A DNA stretch of 64,000 nucleotides from Candidatus Omnitrophota bacterium. Its GTDB lineage: Bacteria > Omnitrophota > Gorgyraeia > Gygaellales > Profunditerraquicolaceae. The notes beneath the pieces were generated by a model. The model ran no database searches, had not been told where the DNA came from, and worked only from the letters and a program-made list of their open reading frames with translations. Each line of letters opens with the position of its first letter. The stretch's first letter is position 1. Location: contig JBDRLC010000042.1 in NCBI GenBank assembly GCA_043813305.1, positions 666-64,665 of the forward strand, in the 5' to 3' direction. Both the position numbers and the translations under genes were made by a program. This document shows, piece by piece, positions 20,001 to 28,602 of the stretch.

Positions 20001-21279
20001 CATTGACCGTTTGGGAACCGCCCATATGTGTAACAGTCAGTGGTGCAACGGTAGAACGGTTGGAGAATTCAGTCCACCAGGCGTAGACATTGTATACACC
20101 GGTGTAAGGTAAGTTTGCATGCCAGGAATATGAAGCATATTGATAGGCATAAATTGAAGCGCTTCCATAAGGATTAACGCCGCTTGATGTCTTCCAAGTG
20201 CCACTTGAAGAGGTTCCTGTTTGACCGTTGTCAACGATAAACTCTTCGGATAAAGTTCCAATAGTCAATTGTTGATCTACCTCACTTGACCACTCCCCAT
20301 CATTATCCTGAACTGAGAAGTAGATGGTATGTACACCTTCGGATAAGCTGCTGGTGTTAAATGATTGCGCAGAACTTAGAGTCCAGTCTATGCTTGAGCG
20401 CCAGTGGTAGGCAGAAATTGTTCCATCAGGATCTGTCCCGCTTCCTGAGAAGCTGACATTCTCACCTGGGGTAGCCGGATTAGGAGTAATGGAATTTATG
20501 GTTGCTGTGGGAGGGATGTTTGCAGGTGTGCTAACTGTGAGAAGATCACTTACCTCAATTGACCACTCTCCATCATCATCCTGAACCTTGAAGTAGATGG
20601 TATGTGTACCTTCGGATAAAGTTGAGGTATTGAAAGAGGCTGACGTACTGAGGGTCCAGTCTATGCTTGAGCGCCAGTGGTAGGCGGAAATCGTTCCATC
20701 AGGATCTGTCCCGCTTCCTGAGAAGCTGGCATTCTCACCTGGGGTAGCCGGATTAGGAGTAATGGAATTTATGGTTGCTGTGGGAGAAATATTGCCTCCA
20801 GCGATATAGACAAATTTTACCGCATCAGCAGAATAAGTGGTATAGGTGGACGTAGCACGGGGAACATTTAACCTGACCGTACCTCCTGCGGTGTTATTAA
20901 ACGAAAAAGTACCTAATAAGTTCCATTGGCCGCCGTTAACTCGTTGATTACGATTAAAGGTCTGAGAACCGCCGTCATAGGTAACAGTATATGGTGCACT
21001 GGTAGAACGGTTGGAAAAGTCAGTCCACCAGACATAGATATTATAAGTACCGGTGTAAGGTAAATCAGCGTGCCAGATATAGGTTGCTGTATTCCAGGCA
21101 TAGATAGAGCCGGAACCATAAGGATTAGCTCCACCGGAGTTGTTCCAGGTGCCGCTTGAAGAAGTACCGGATTGACCGTTGTCAACGATGAACTCTTCGG
21201 CATAGGCATTACCAAAGGTAAAAATTGTTGTTAATGTAATAGTGGCAACAAAGATCTTTAATAAACTTTTTCTTTTCAT
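17005..21279 (-). CDS. 1424-aa secreted protein with golvesin/CBM-like and PKD-like repeats and a candidate split His/Cys peptidase domain
   Basis: ATG 21279 after GAGGAG; signal peptide; four beta-sandwich modules, three with the full IVDN...W...Y.WW...GGQWNLLG pattern; four PTATINSITPNPA...VQD.DGEWS units; two canonical PKD (WDFGDG, WTFGDG). Confidence 0.85.
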   Translation of the reverse strand: MKRKSLLKIFVATITLTTIFTFGNAYAEEFIVDNGQSGTSSSGTWNNSGGANPYGSGSIYAWNTATYIWHADLPYTGTYNIYVWWTDFSNRSTSAPYTVTYDGGSQTFNRNQRVNGGQWNLLGTFSFNNTAGGTVRLNVPRATSTYTTYSADAVKFVYIAGGNISPTATINSITPNPATPGENASFSGSGTDPDGTISAYHWRSSIDWTLSTSASFNTSTLSEGTHTIYFKVQDDDGEWSIEVSDLLTVSTPANIPPTATINSITPNPATPGENVSFSGSGTDPDGTISAYHWRSSIDWTLSSAQSFNTSSLSEGVHTIYFSVQDNDGEWSSEVDQQLTIGTLSEEFIVDNGQTGTSSSGTWKTSSGVNPYGSASIYAYQYASYSWHANLPYTGVYNVYAWWTEFSNRSTVAPLTVTHMGGSQTVNVNQRTNGGQWNLLGAFSFNGTTGGTVTLNVPAPPGTYTTYCADAVKFVFDPDANIPPTATINSITPNPADPGENVSFSGSGTDPDGTVVAYSWRSSIDWTLSTSASFNTSTLSEGTHTIYFKVQDNDGEWSTEASTELVIGLPLIEVIINNNDPGTSYTGSWSNSSAPDPYGLTSLFAFGRSSYTWHVNLPHTGFYKVYAWWTEYFNRSTVAPLTIIHRNGSDMVTVNQMVDGGRWNLLGIYPFEVSEGGKIRLNAESFHLRSYCADAIRFVYIYPGTNVPPVANIDSIHPNPAQPGENVELMGFGEDLDGTITAYNWRSDIDGDFGSNDVVNTSGLSEGTHTIYFKVRDDQGDWSEEVNLELEITNDFVNTEHIYLCLGYAPTSMRGEVEDLLTDMGAYQDGLDWIYHNIASNKSFIIHIVDDKHTMKQALRTIAAHVIYVGHANYGSGAVYATDQEITDQLIEDIYFRDDDRYFMCSSKWARFSLSSMRTSHAFPHLWPEFQDGESALAPYDFGDPRGDPAHNYYLKYQVPGDPNYYKVETVRNSAIQRFSDSDAETWDYTLSGGLGPDSSNPAHHQYYITNLTEWSPSIEKIGDWQESNSLAGFFNEGYRFSSAGSGENKYKFIFKTPFSGNYKVFARWPQAASNTTTVPYIINHSSGSTTVYGDQTANGNQWNQLGEFYFNQGENIIELNNNTASGNVIADAVRMESSIVIPEVLQANINMLYQDEFLTMEFEGHTTGEVTSWLWDFGDGQTNTTELEPQHTYASPGTYTVSFTVYGPLGSNTMTKEFVAIGGGTPEPLEAEFEDSRSGPRIGCVPLAVVFDDDSSGRDGASYLWTFGDGNTSIERNATHTYETMGNYTVSLTVTNADGTTSTEIKPNFVRVTADQNIDDADYPMPHYGNNIVVFRRDPADIVDEEMRYSRMFYLSCNTGIYYIDTFHRGKMFYSVDNASERAITIYLQSHLEGDSDQVRWQKLQDFMPVWDYYDFTKTPAEQE
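19608..20783 (-). repeat. Three near-identical intragenic PKD-like DNA repeats (~20560-20783, ~20287-20510, ~19608-19830)
   Basis: Shared long strings such as GTCCAGTCTATGCTTGAGCGCCAG; offsets 273 and 678 bp, both in frame. Confidence 0.9.
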
Positions 21280-21328
21280 CTTATTTTTCTCCTCTTCTTT
21301 TGACAAAATTTTTGCATATCTTAACAGT

Positions 21329-21345
21329 AGCATAAATCGTGCCAA
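21329..21345 (-). promoter_or_regulatory. Sigma54 promoter
   Basis: TTGGCACGATTTATGCT, GG-N10-GC. Confidence 0.8.
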
Positions 21346-21410
21346 TCCAAAATTGTTTAGCACTTTCTCATCTAAATATTATAAATGTTGGAATTTATAT
21401 TCAAAATGTA

Positions 21411-22997
21411 CTAAAAATTCACATATTCATATGCGCCAATATCAAATCCATTACCTTGCGGCCTTATAGCACCATCAAGATCCATCACAACTATTTTCTT
21501 TACTGCCTCTGTCCCTTTATCTATGACGGGACTTTTTATTTTTAGATGTAAATCTGCCGGTGCGTTCACAAATAGAGGATTGGCATTTACTGCCTCTTTA
21601 TCAACTGCCGGTCCCCTTCCATTTCCATAATAACAGTTATGACTAATTTTTAATGAAGCTGATTCTATTTGGCTGTCTATAGAAAAATAATTACCGCCGG
21701 ACTCTCTAGTAATTATATTATTCTTTATCCACATGATTTCAGGTTTATAGGCCCCATTTCTATGAATTCCAAATACTGAAAAACCTTGCGCATTATAGAT
21801 AGTATTATTGAAAAAATACAATGAACCGGAAATCGAATAAATGCAACTGTTACCTTTAGTAACTCCTCCGGCTTCAATAATTATATTACTGTAAACATAT
21901 GCAGATGAACCGTCTGCCTGAGCGCCAAAACCCAAAGCCCTGGGTACACTCCCCTTGGAATTCATTCTTGCGTCAATTATATTGTGGTGAATAAGGATAT
22001 TTTCAAATCTGTATCCATTCTGATCAGCATAATCCTGATTTATCAATATTAACGGCCCCACCCCGACATCATTGTTGAAGATGTGATTCCAGCCGAAATC
22101 AAAATTATCAGTACCGTAGCCGATGTATAGGGGATGGTCCAGTTTGTTTCCGGAGGTAGATCCGTGTAGGGTGTTGCCATAGATCTTATCACCGTTTGAG
22201 CCTACGGGATTGATGATCGCGTAGGCATGGGTTTTAAGGCCCTCACAGTCATTGTTGATGAAGCGGTTGTTCTTGCCGCTCATGCGCGCGCATTGACGGT
22301 ATCTGGCATAGAGTTGAAATCCGGAGACTACGTAGTAGCTGCGTGAGCTGTTATACCAGTCAAAGTTACCCTCTGCTCCAGTATAGGTGTTGGCTTCAAA
22401 GCGCACGGTCTCACCCGGATAGGCTACCCAGGCGATCTCATTGTTAAGAGATCCGGAGACATTCCTGCCGAAGCTGACATTGTAGTAAGCAGTCTGATGG
22501 CCGTATCTTCCGGTGTAGGTGCCTGATCTGATGTAGCAGGTATCCCCTGCTGACATGGTATTGTAGAAGCTGGCCGGGCTCCTCCAGGGATCACTGTATG
22601 TCCCGCTTCCCGGATTACTGGGTGAATTTATGTCAACGAAGTAAATACTACCTGATCTTACGGTAAAGGGGATGGCGTTTGAGGAACCTTCGGAGGTAGT
22701 GACTACGATATTACCGGTTGTAGCACTGCTGCCTAACTGAAAGACAATCTTACTATCAGACCAAACCGGATAATTATCTACCTGGCCCCCACCTACGGTT
22801 ACATAAGAGCTTCCCCGCGATGCACTGAAGTTCTTACCGGAGATAGTTACAAAGACACCCTTGTTACTTACACCGCCTGTATTAGGACCTGAGGTGAGAT
22901 CAGAGTAAAAAATTGCGGGCTCTGCCGCAAAGCAGAAGCTGCTTGTAAGCTTAATAAAAAACATAATTAATAGAATTTTAGGAAGTAGGAAACGCAT
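21411..22997 (-). CDS. Exported IPT + right-handed beta-helix protein (polysaccharide lyase/hydrolase-like fold)
   Basis: Signal peptide; near-identical to the N-terminal module of 9330-13595; ends DIGAYEY. Confidence 0.85.
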   Translation of the reverse strand: MRFLLPKILLIMFFIKLTSSFCFAAEPAIFYSDLTSGPNTGGVSNKGVFVTISGKNFSASRGSSYVTVGGGQVDNYPVWSDSKIVFQLGSSATTGNIVVTTSEGSSNAIPFTVRSGSIYFVDINSPSNPGSGTYSDPWRSPASFYNTMSAGDTCYIRSGTYTGRYGHQTAYYNVSFGRNVSGSLNNEIAWVAYPGETVRFEANTYTGAEGNFDWYNSSRSYYVVSGFQLYARYRQCARMSGKNNRFINNDCEGLKTHAYAIINPVGSNGDKIYGNTLHGSTSGNKLDHPLYIGYGTDNFDFGWNHIFNNDVGVGPLILINQDYADQNGYRFENILIHHNIIDARMNSKGSVPRALGFGAQADGSSAYVYSNIIIEAGGVTKGNSCIYSISGSLYFFNNTIYNAQGFSVFGIHRNGAYKPEIMWIKNNIITRESGGNYFSIDSQIESASLKISHNCYYGNGRGPAVDKEAVNANPLFVNAPADLHLKIKSPVIDKGTEAVKKIVVMDLDGAIRPQGNGFDIGAYEYVNF

Positions 22998-23613
22998 ATT
23001 TCGTAATTAAAGGTGCTGCCTCTTCAATAAACTCTTTAAGTATCATCGTCGTTTCTTCGCTACTCTCTTTAGTCGACGCAGAAAACCTGATTAGGGCGCT
23101 GGTATTACGGCCAAACTTCAATTTATTCAGCATATTCTGCCAGCGCATCGCCATGTAGCTTGAGGTCTTCATATTCTCGGTTTCAAAATAATAAATTACC
23201 ACCTGATTGCCCTTATCACCCTTCAAGACGAATTTATTGGCATAGAAATCTTCACCGGGGATACTTATCCTCATCTTATCCTTGTCAGTGATAAAGGAGC
23301 CCTGTCCTATAGAGCAGCTCTCCGGAAGATGTAATGCCACGCGGCTCTCTTTATAATATACAAGGGAGATCCAGACTGATTTATCTGCTTTTTTGTATTC
23401 TCTGATTAAAACTGACTCTGTCTCCAGGATCTCCTTTACATTATTCTCAATCTTCTCCTCTCTTCCGACCCAGCCCCTGACATTTAAAGGAATACCCGTA
23501 ATATTTACCTCTGCCTGCTTTCCAGCCTGACGGCTCCTGAATAGACTGATCGCCAGCAGAGATAAGACTAATATCGCAACCAGAATAATATACCTTAACC
23601 TGAATCCTTGCAT
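22978..23613 (-). CDS. epsI: EpsI-family exosortase-associated protein
   Basis: N-terminal TM, IPLNVRGW.G, REY, HLPESCSIGQG, YYF, ALIRFS; directly after exosortase. Confidence 0.85.
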   Translation of the reverse strand: MQGFRLRYIILVAILVLSLLAISLFRSRQAGKQAEVNITGIPLNVRGWVGREEKIENNVKEILETESVLIREYKKADKSVWISLVYYKESRVALHLPESCSIGQGSFITDKDKMRISIPGEDFYANKFVLKGDKGNQVVIYYFETENMKTSSYMAMRWQNMLNKLKFGRNTSALIRFSASTKESSEETTMILKEFIEEAAPLITKYAFPTS

Positions 23614-24428
23614 TGAAATACCCCCCATAACAACCATAAACCTACGAATGCGATTGCGAACATAAGGAATCCTGAGAAGTCATGAATAAAACCCTTGGTT
23701 GTCTCAGGTCCGTAAATATATAAAACCAGGCTTAATAGCAGGACTCTGCTTATGTTTGCGATTAAAGCAATCGGGATGGTACACAAAAATAAGGCAATTC
23801 TCTTTATAGCCTTTTCCTTAAGCAGATATGCGAATATACTCCCCAGGGCCAACATCACGATCAGAGAACGCAGGCCGCTGCAGGGATTCTCAACTACCAT
23901 CGTCCCGTTCGGGAAGAAGACCTCAAAACCTTCATTTCTTACCGGAAAATTTAAGGCGCTCTGTAAAACAAATACCACACATCTGGTAACAAAGAGTTTC
24001 ATCGGAAAACTGATCGCATTTATCGCCACTAAGGGCAGAGGAAACATAAAGATCAGAAAGGATAATGGAAAGAGAATCTTTTTGGTAATATTCCTTCCGA
24101 AAAGGAATAAACTGATCCCGAAGACCAACATTAAGATGGAGAATCCGCTGACAAAGAAAACCTCAAGCATTATGCTCAGGAAATGAATCATTAAAGAAAT
24201 GATAATCAGGCTCAGGCCGAGGCGGCTAAACTCCCACTTCTTACCCTTAAGCTCATCTCGTTTCAACCAGATCAATACTCCCGTAACTAAGGGCACCAGG
24301 AAGCCGTGCGAATAATAGGTGTCGGCTGCCGTGTATCGTTCAAATAACCAAAGGAATGTTGAGCGGTAGATGAGAATTACCGGGAATAGAATTAAACCAA
24401 TCGCTAAAAATATCATTTTCTTCTTCAT
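23595..24428 (-). CDS. xrt: Exosortase (EpsH family)
   Basis: YYSHGFLVP, catalytic PCSGLR, ANISR, FIHDFSG; multiple TMs. Confidence 0.95.
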   Translation of the reverse strand: MKKKMIFLAIGLILFPVILIYRSTFLWLFERYTAADTYYSHGFLVPLVTGVLIWLKRDELKGKKWEFSRLGLSLIIISLMIHFLSIMLEVFFVSGFSILMLVFGISLFLFGRNITKKILFPLSFLIFMFPLPLVAINAISFPMKLFVTRCVVFVLQSALNFPVRNEGFEVFFPNGTMVVENPCSGLRSLIVMLALGSIFAYLLKEKAIKRIALFLCTIPIALIANISRVLLLSLVLYIYGPETTKGFIHDFSGFLMFAIAFVGLWLLWGVFQCKDSG

Positions 24429-24434
24429 CTATGA

Positions 24435-25568
24435 TTACCTCAAAGGCTTCCAGGCAACCTGTTTTTCACCGCGAAGGAATTCCAAAAGCCCGGTTAATAA
24501 TGCAAAATTGGTGATGCAAAAGTAAAATGGAACATACAATACCCTGTTTTTTGCCTTGAGAAACCAACCCGTGAATGCACTGAGATAAAAGGAGATCTGC
24601 AGGAATAAGGATAACTTATATATCAATTCCGGCCTGGAAAGGAACAGGGCTATATTCACTAAAAATAATCCTAAAAGAAAAATAGGGATTAAATACCTTA
24701 ATACCTTATGCGATAATAACTGCATAGCAAAAAAACCGTATTTAAATGGATTCAATAAAAACCTCATATACCAAATTCCGTGGATCGTCCTGGTTGCTAC
24801 GCGCACCCTCATCTTAAACTCCTCTTTGGGATTGGTATTCCCCGTCTCATAAGAGATTGCCTCGGGTTCATAGACCACCCTCTTACCCTTTTTGTAAATC
24901 ATCTGTGCTATTACGAAATCGCTGATAATATCGGATTTTATCGGTTCATACAGCTGCTTGCGCACCGCATAACAGCAACCGCTTACACCGATTAGGGAAG
25001 TGATCAGGTTCTCCCGCTTCTTCAAAAACTTCTCATATTCCCAGTAAATCTCTCCTGTTCTACCTACTAAGCTATTGCTTTTATTTACATATGCCAGCTC
25101 CCCACCGACGCCTCCGACACTGGGATCAGCAAAATTAGAGAGGATTTTTTTGAGTAAACGCTTTTCGTAGATTGTCGTGGCGTCAGAAAAAAGCAGAATC
25201 TCTCCTCCTGCTTTCGTTACCGCTTCATTTTGAACGAATGTTTTCCCAAGGCGCTCCTTAAAACTAATCAGTTTTACGCCCTGATCCTTAAAATCCCGGA
25301 CGAATTCATTGGTTCGGTCAGTGGAAGCGTCAGAAGCAACGATAATTTCTAATTTCTCTTTGGGATAGTCTAATGCGATTGTATTTTTGAGCTTCTCCTT
25401 TATGCTCTTCTCCTCATTATGTGCGGCGATAATTATGCTTACCGAGGGAAAGATCTCCTTTTTCTCTATCTTCTTTTTCGTAAGCTTTGAGGCAATAATT
25501 AAAGTAAGCGGATAGCCGAAATATGTATAGATAATTAACCCTGCTAAAACCCAAAAAATGACCGTCAT
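24435..25568 (-). CDS. Membrane GT2 (CESA-like)
   Basis: YFGYP, IIAAHNEE, SDASTD, FSDA, YWEYE, C-terminal TMs. Confidence 0.9.
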   Translation of the reverse strand: MTVIFWVLAGLIIYTYFGYPLTLIIASKLTKKKIEKKEIFPSVSIIIAAHNEEKSIKEKLKNTIALDYPKEKLEIIVASDASTDRTNEFVRDFKDQGVKLISFKERLGKTFVQNEAVTKAGGEILLFSDATTIYEKRLLKKILSNFADPSVGGVGGELAYVNKSNSLVGRTGEIYWEYEKFLKKRENLITSLIGVSGCCYAVRKQLYEPIKSDIISDFVIAQMIYKKGKRVVYEPEAISYETGNTNPKEEFKMRVRVATRTIHGIWYMRFLLNPFKYGFFAMQLLSHKVLRYLIPIFLLGLFLVNIALFLSRPELIYKLSLFLQISFYLSAFTGWFLKAKNRVLYVPFYFCITNFALLTGLLEFLRGEKQVAWKPLR

Positions 25569-26350
25569 TTCTTACCTCTTAATTTAAAATATTTATTCCA
25601 TAAATGGTAATATCTTCGCGCTCCAATAATCTTTTTCGCGATCAGCTTAAGGTAGTAATTCACGGTATTTAGATTAGAGATAAACGAATCATTGTTCACG
25701 ATTCCTCTAAACCTTTCTAAAGAAGTCCTTTGCATAATAGCTATTCTAGAAAAGACATTTCTCCTCTTAAGGCTAAGGGGATTCCTGCCTGGTTTTGAAA
25801 CAAAAACATACTCATAGCCAACTTCATCGGCGATCTTCTTTATTTTCCTACTATAATCTCCTCCGGGTAAGGATAAACTTACGGCCGGCGTGTTTAATTT
25901 GCCTTCTATGGTCTTCTTGGAGATAGCCAGTTCCCCTCTAATCATATCCTCCTTAAGCAGGCTGATATAATTTGGGTGTGTATGGGTATGGGACTCTATC
26001 TTATTACCCTCCCGCTGCAATTCAAGGATCTGTCCCCAATCCATATAACCATCTTTTGCCACCTGGTCAGTATTAACAAAAAATGTAGCCTTAAAACCGT
26101 ATTTCTTCAATATTGGATAAGCCTCGGTGTAATCTGTAACGCAGCCGTCGTCAAATGTAATCATGATGATCTTTTTATATTCCCCTTCCCCTAAATCCGG
26201 GATGTCATCGGTGGTCAAGCTCTTAAAACCCTGCTCATGGAGATACTGCATCTGTTTATAAAAATCCTCAGAGGAGACTGTATAATTCTCGGCTCCCTTG
26301 TTCTTGCTTATACGGTGATACATTAGAACCGGTAAAAAGAGATCAGCCAT
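25565..26350 (-). CDS. Polysaccharide deacetylase (NodB/CE4)
   Basis: LMYH, ITFDDG, SHTHTH, SLPGG. Confidence 0.9.
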   Translation of the reverse strand: MADLFLPVLMYHRISKNKGAENYTVSSEDFYKQMQYLHEQGFKSLTTDDIPDLGEGEYKKIIMITFDDGCVTDYTEAYPILKKYGFKATFFVNTDQVAKDGYMDWGQILELQREGNKIESHTHTHPNYISLLKEDMIRGELAISKKTIEGKLNTPAVSLSLPGGDYSRKIKKIADEVGYEYVFVSKPGRNPLSLKRRNVFSRIAIMQRTSLERFRGIVNNDSFISNLNTVNYYLKLIAKKIIGARRYYHLWNKYFKLRGKK

Positions 26351-26355
26351 CTGGA

Positions 26356-28602
26356 CTACATGCTCCTATATAACTTAGCAGTCTCCTCTGCGATATTATC
26401 CCAGGAGAATTTACTCTTTGCCAAGTCTAGCGCATATCTACCCATTCGTTCCTGTAGGGGGTAATCAGCTAAGACCCTGGTTATCCGATCGGCTAAGGCA
26501 TCTACATTCTTAGCCGGAACAATAAAGCCGCTCTGCCCCTCTTCGATTGCTTCGCCGAGCCCACCTACATTTGTAGCAACTACCGGCCTGCCAAAGCCAT
26601 AGGCAAGCTGAAGGATGCCGCTTTGATAAACAGAAAGATACGGTAAAACCACTACATTTGCCTTATGAAAATAATCTTTTACCTGTGTAAAATTAATATA
26701 ATTAAGATTTAACTCAATATTCTTCTTCAGTCCTAATTCATTAATTTGTCTACGGTAATCCTTGAAATCCTCAATTGCCTTACCGACAATATGCAATCTT
26801 GCCTGCGGCATCCTCTCCTTAATGCTTTTAAAAGCCCGAATAAGATAACCCAGGCCCTTGTATTTGCGGATATAACCAAAGAATAATATATTAAACGAAT
26901 TCTGCGGCCTGACAAAATTACCATTATTATCATTGAAGAACAGATAATTTCCGTGAGGGATAACGCTTATTTTACGGGCAGGTATCAAATATTTACTCCT
27001 TAATTCTTCTCTATTAGCCTGCGCATGCACAACTACTCTATCTGCCAAAGAATAGAGTCTTCTATATAGGTAATAGTCCCCCCGCTTCTTTTCATGCGAG
27101 GAAAGATTATGAGCGGTAATCACTATTCGTTTATCGCTAAATACCTTGGCTAAATAGCATAATAAAAGGATAAACAGAGGGTATTGACTTAACTGAAACT
27201 GAATAATACTAACCTTTTGATGCCGGAAGATTTTTATTAATCTGAAAATAAATAGTGGATTTGTTTTAAAACGATTGAATAAACCTATCAACTCAAAGTT
27301 TCTCTGACTGTTTTTAAGTTCATAATCTATGCTGGTTACCAGGGAAACCTCAAGGAGATTAGAAAGCCTCTGAGCTAAATTATAGGTATAGTGACAGATT
27401 CCTCCTTTGCCTGCTATTTCAACCTGAATTACCCTCCTCTTCTCGCTCAGGCGCCCTCCATTGTTTATCTTAAAGGAGTTATAGATCCTGATATATTCTT
27501 CAACCATCTTGCGCGCTGAAAATCCACCCCTTACTCTTTCGCAGGCGCGGCTGGCTAAAGAACGAGCCCTATCCTTATGATTAACTAATTGAATCACCGC
27601 TTCTGATAGAGCCTTTGCATCTTTTGGTTTGATTAATAGGCCATTGTCCCGATCGATAACCCTTGCTATGTCTCCTACATCTGTGGCGACAATCGGTTTC
27701 TTTGCAGCCATCGCCTCTAATAAAGAGAGGGGCATGGCTTCTTCTAGAGAAGGTAAAACAAATATGTCAAATAATCCCAGCATCCGGGGGATATCACTCC
27801 TCATTCCGGTAAATATAACATTCCTCTCCAAAACCAGACTCCTCACCGTCAACTCCAAATCTCTGCGTAACTCTCCCTCTCCTACTATAAATAGCTTAGT
27901 ATTTGGATATGCGGATAATACCTGCTTAAATGCCTCTAATAAATAAAGGTGGCCTTTTTCTCGGGAGAGACGACCGATCGTCCCGATGACTAATTCATCT
28001 TCTCTGAGGCTAAATTCTTGTCTGAGATCTGAGATCTCCGACTGCTTCTGGACATGATTAATTTCAAAGCAATCCGGGTCAATACCATTATAGATAACCG
28101 ATACACCCAGGGCGCTGATTCTGCTGTTTATGATCTCCTGCTTTAATATATTAGAAACTGTGACAACGCTAGTAAACCTTCTTAGCAACAACTTATCTAT
28201 TTTTTCATAGATCCTCATCTTGATATTTCTACTAAGCCAATTGTGACAGGTTGCGATTTTCGCGGTATTTAGTCCAAGGCTGGAGAAGAAACCATAAAAA
28301 TTTGATTTATAACCATGAGAGTGGATAATCTTTATTTTATTTGCTTTGACAAATCTCCTTATAGAGAGAATCGTGGAGAAGTCAAATCTGCCTCTACAGG
28401 GAAAACTCAGAACTTCCAATCCGCTCTCTTTTGCCTTCTGCTTAAGTGCACTGTTGGAGCTGCTATTGCTTGAATCTTCAATTATTCCTATATAAGGAAT
28501 ATATCCGTCAGAGGCTAGCCCTTGGGATAGCGTCAGCATTGCATGTTCAGCGCCGTAAAAACCGGTGCTGCTGATTAGTTGTAATACTCTCATCGGAATC
28601 AT
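26356..28602 (-). CDS. Tandem GT4-GT4 fusion glycosyltransferase
   Basis: Two GT-B units: GRLSREKG...EAMPLSLLEAMA and FGYIRKYKG...QSGILQLAYG. Confidence 0.9.
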   Translation of the reverse strand: MIPMRVLQLISSTGFYGAEHAMLTLSQGLASDGYIPYIGIIEDSSNSSSNSALKQKAKESGLEVLSFPCRGRFDFSTILSIRRFVKANKIKIIHSHGYKSNFYGFFSSLGLNTAKIATCHNWLSRNIKMRIYEKIDKLLLRRFTSVVTVSNILKQEIINSRISALGVSVIYNGIDPDCFEINHVQKQSEISDLRQEFSLREDELVIGTIGRLSREKGHLYLLEAFKQVLSAYPNTKLFIVGEGELRRDLELTVRSLVLERNVIFTGMRSDIPRMLGLFDIFVLPSLEEAMPLSLLEAMAAKKPIVATDVGDIARVIDRDNGLLIKPKDAKALSEAVIQLVNHKDRARSLASRACERVRGGFSARKMVEEYIRIYNSFKINNGGRLSEKRRVIQVEIAGKGGICHYTYNLAQRLSNLLEVSLVTSIDYELKNSQRNFELIGLFNRFKTNPLFIFRLIKIFRHQKVSIIQFQLSQYPLFILLLCYLAKVFSDKRIVITAHNLSSHEKKRGDYYLYRRLYSLADRVVVHAQANREELRSKYLIPARKISVIPHGNYLFFNDNNGNFVRPQNSFNILFFGYIRKYKGLGYLIRAFKSIKERMPQARLHIVGKAIEDFKDYRRQINELGLKKNIELNLNYINFTQVKDYFHKANVVVLPYLSVYQSGILQLAYGFGRPVVATNVGGLGEAIEEGQSGFIVPAKNVDALADRITRVLADYPLQERMGRYALDLAKSKFSWDNIAEETAKLYRSM

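Noticed and set aside
19608-20783. Repeats as CRISPR array or mobile element
   Set aside because: Long in-frame coding domain repeats; no spacers, cas or transposase genes.
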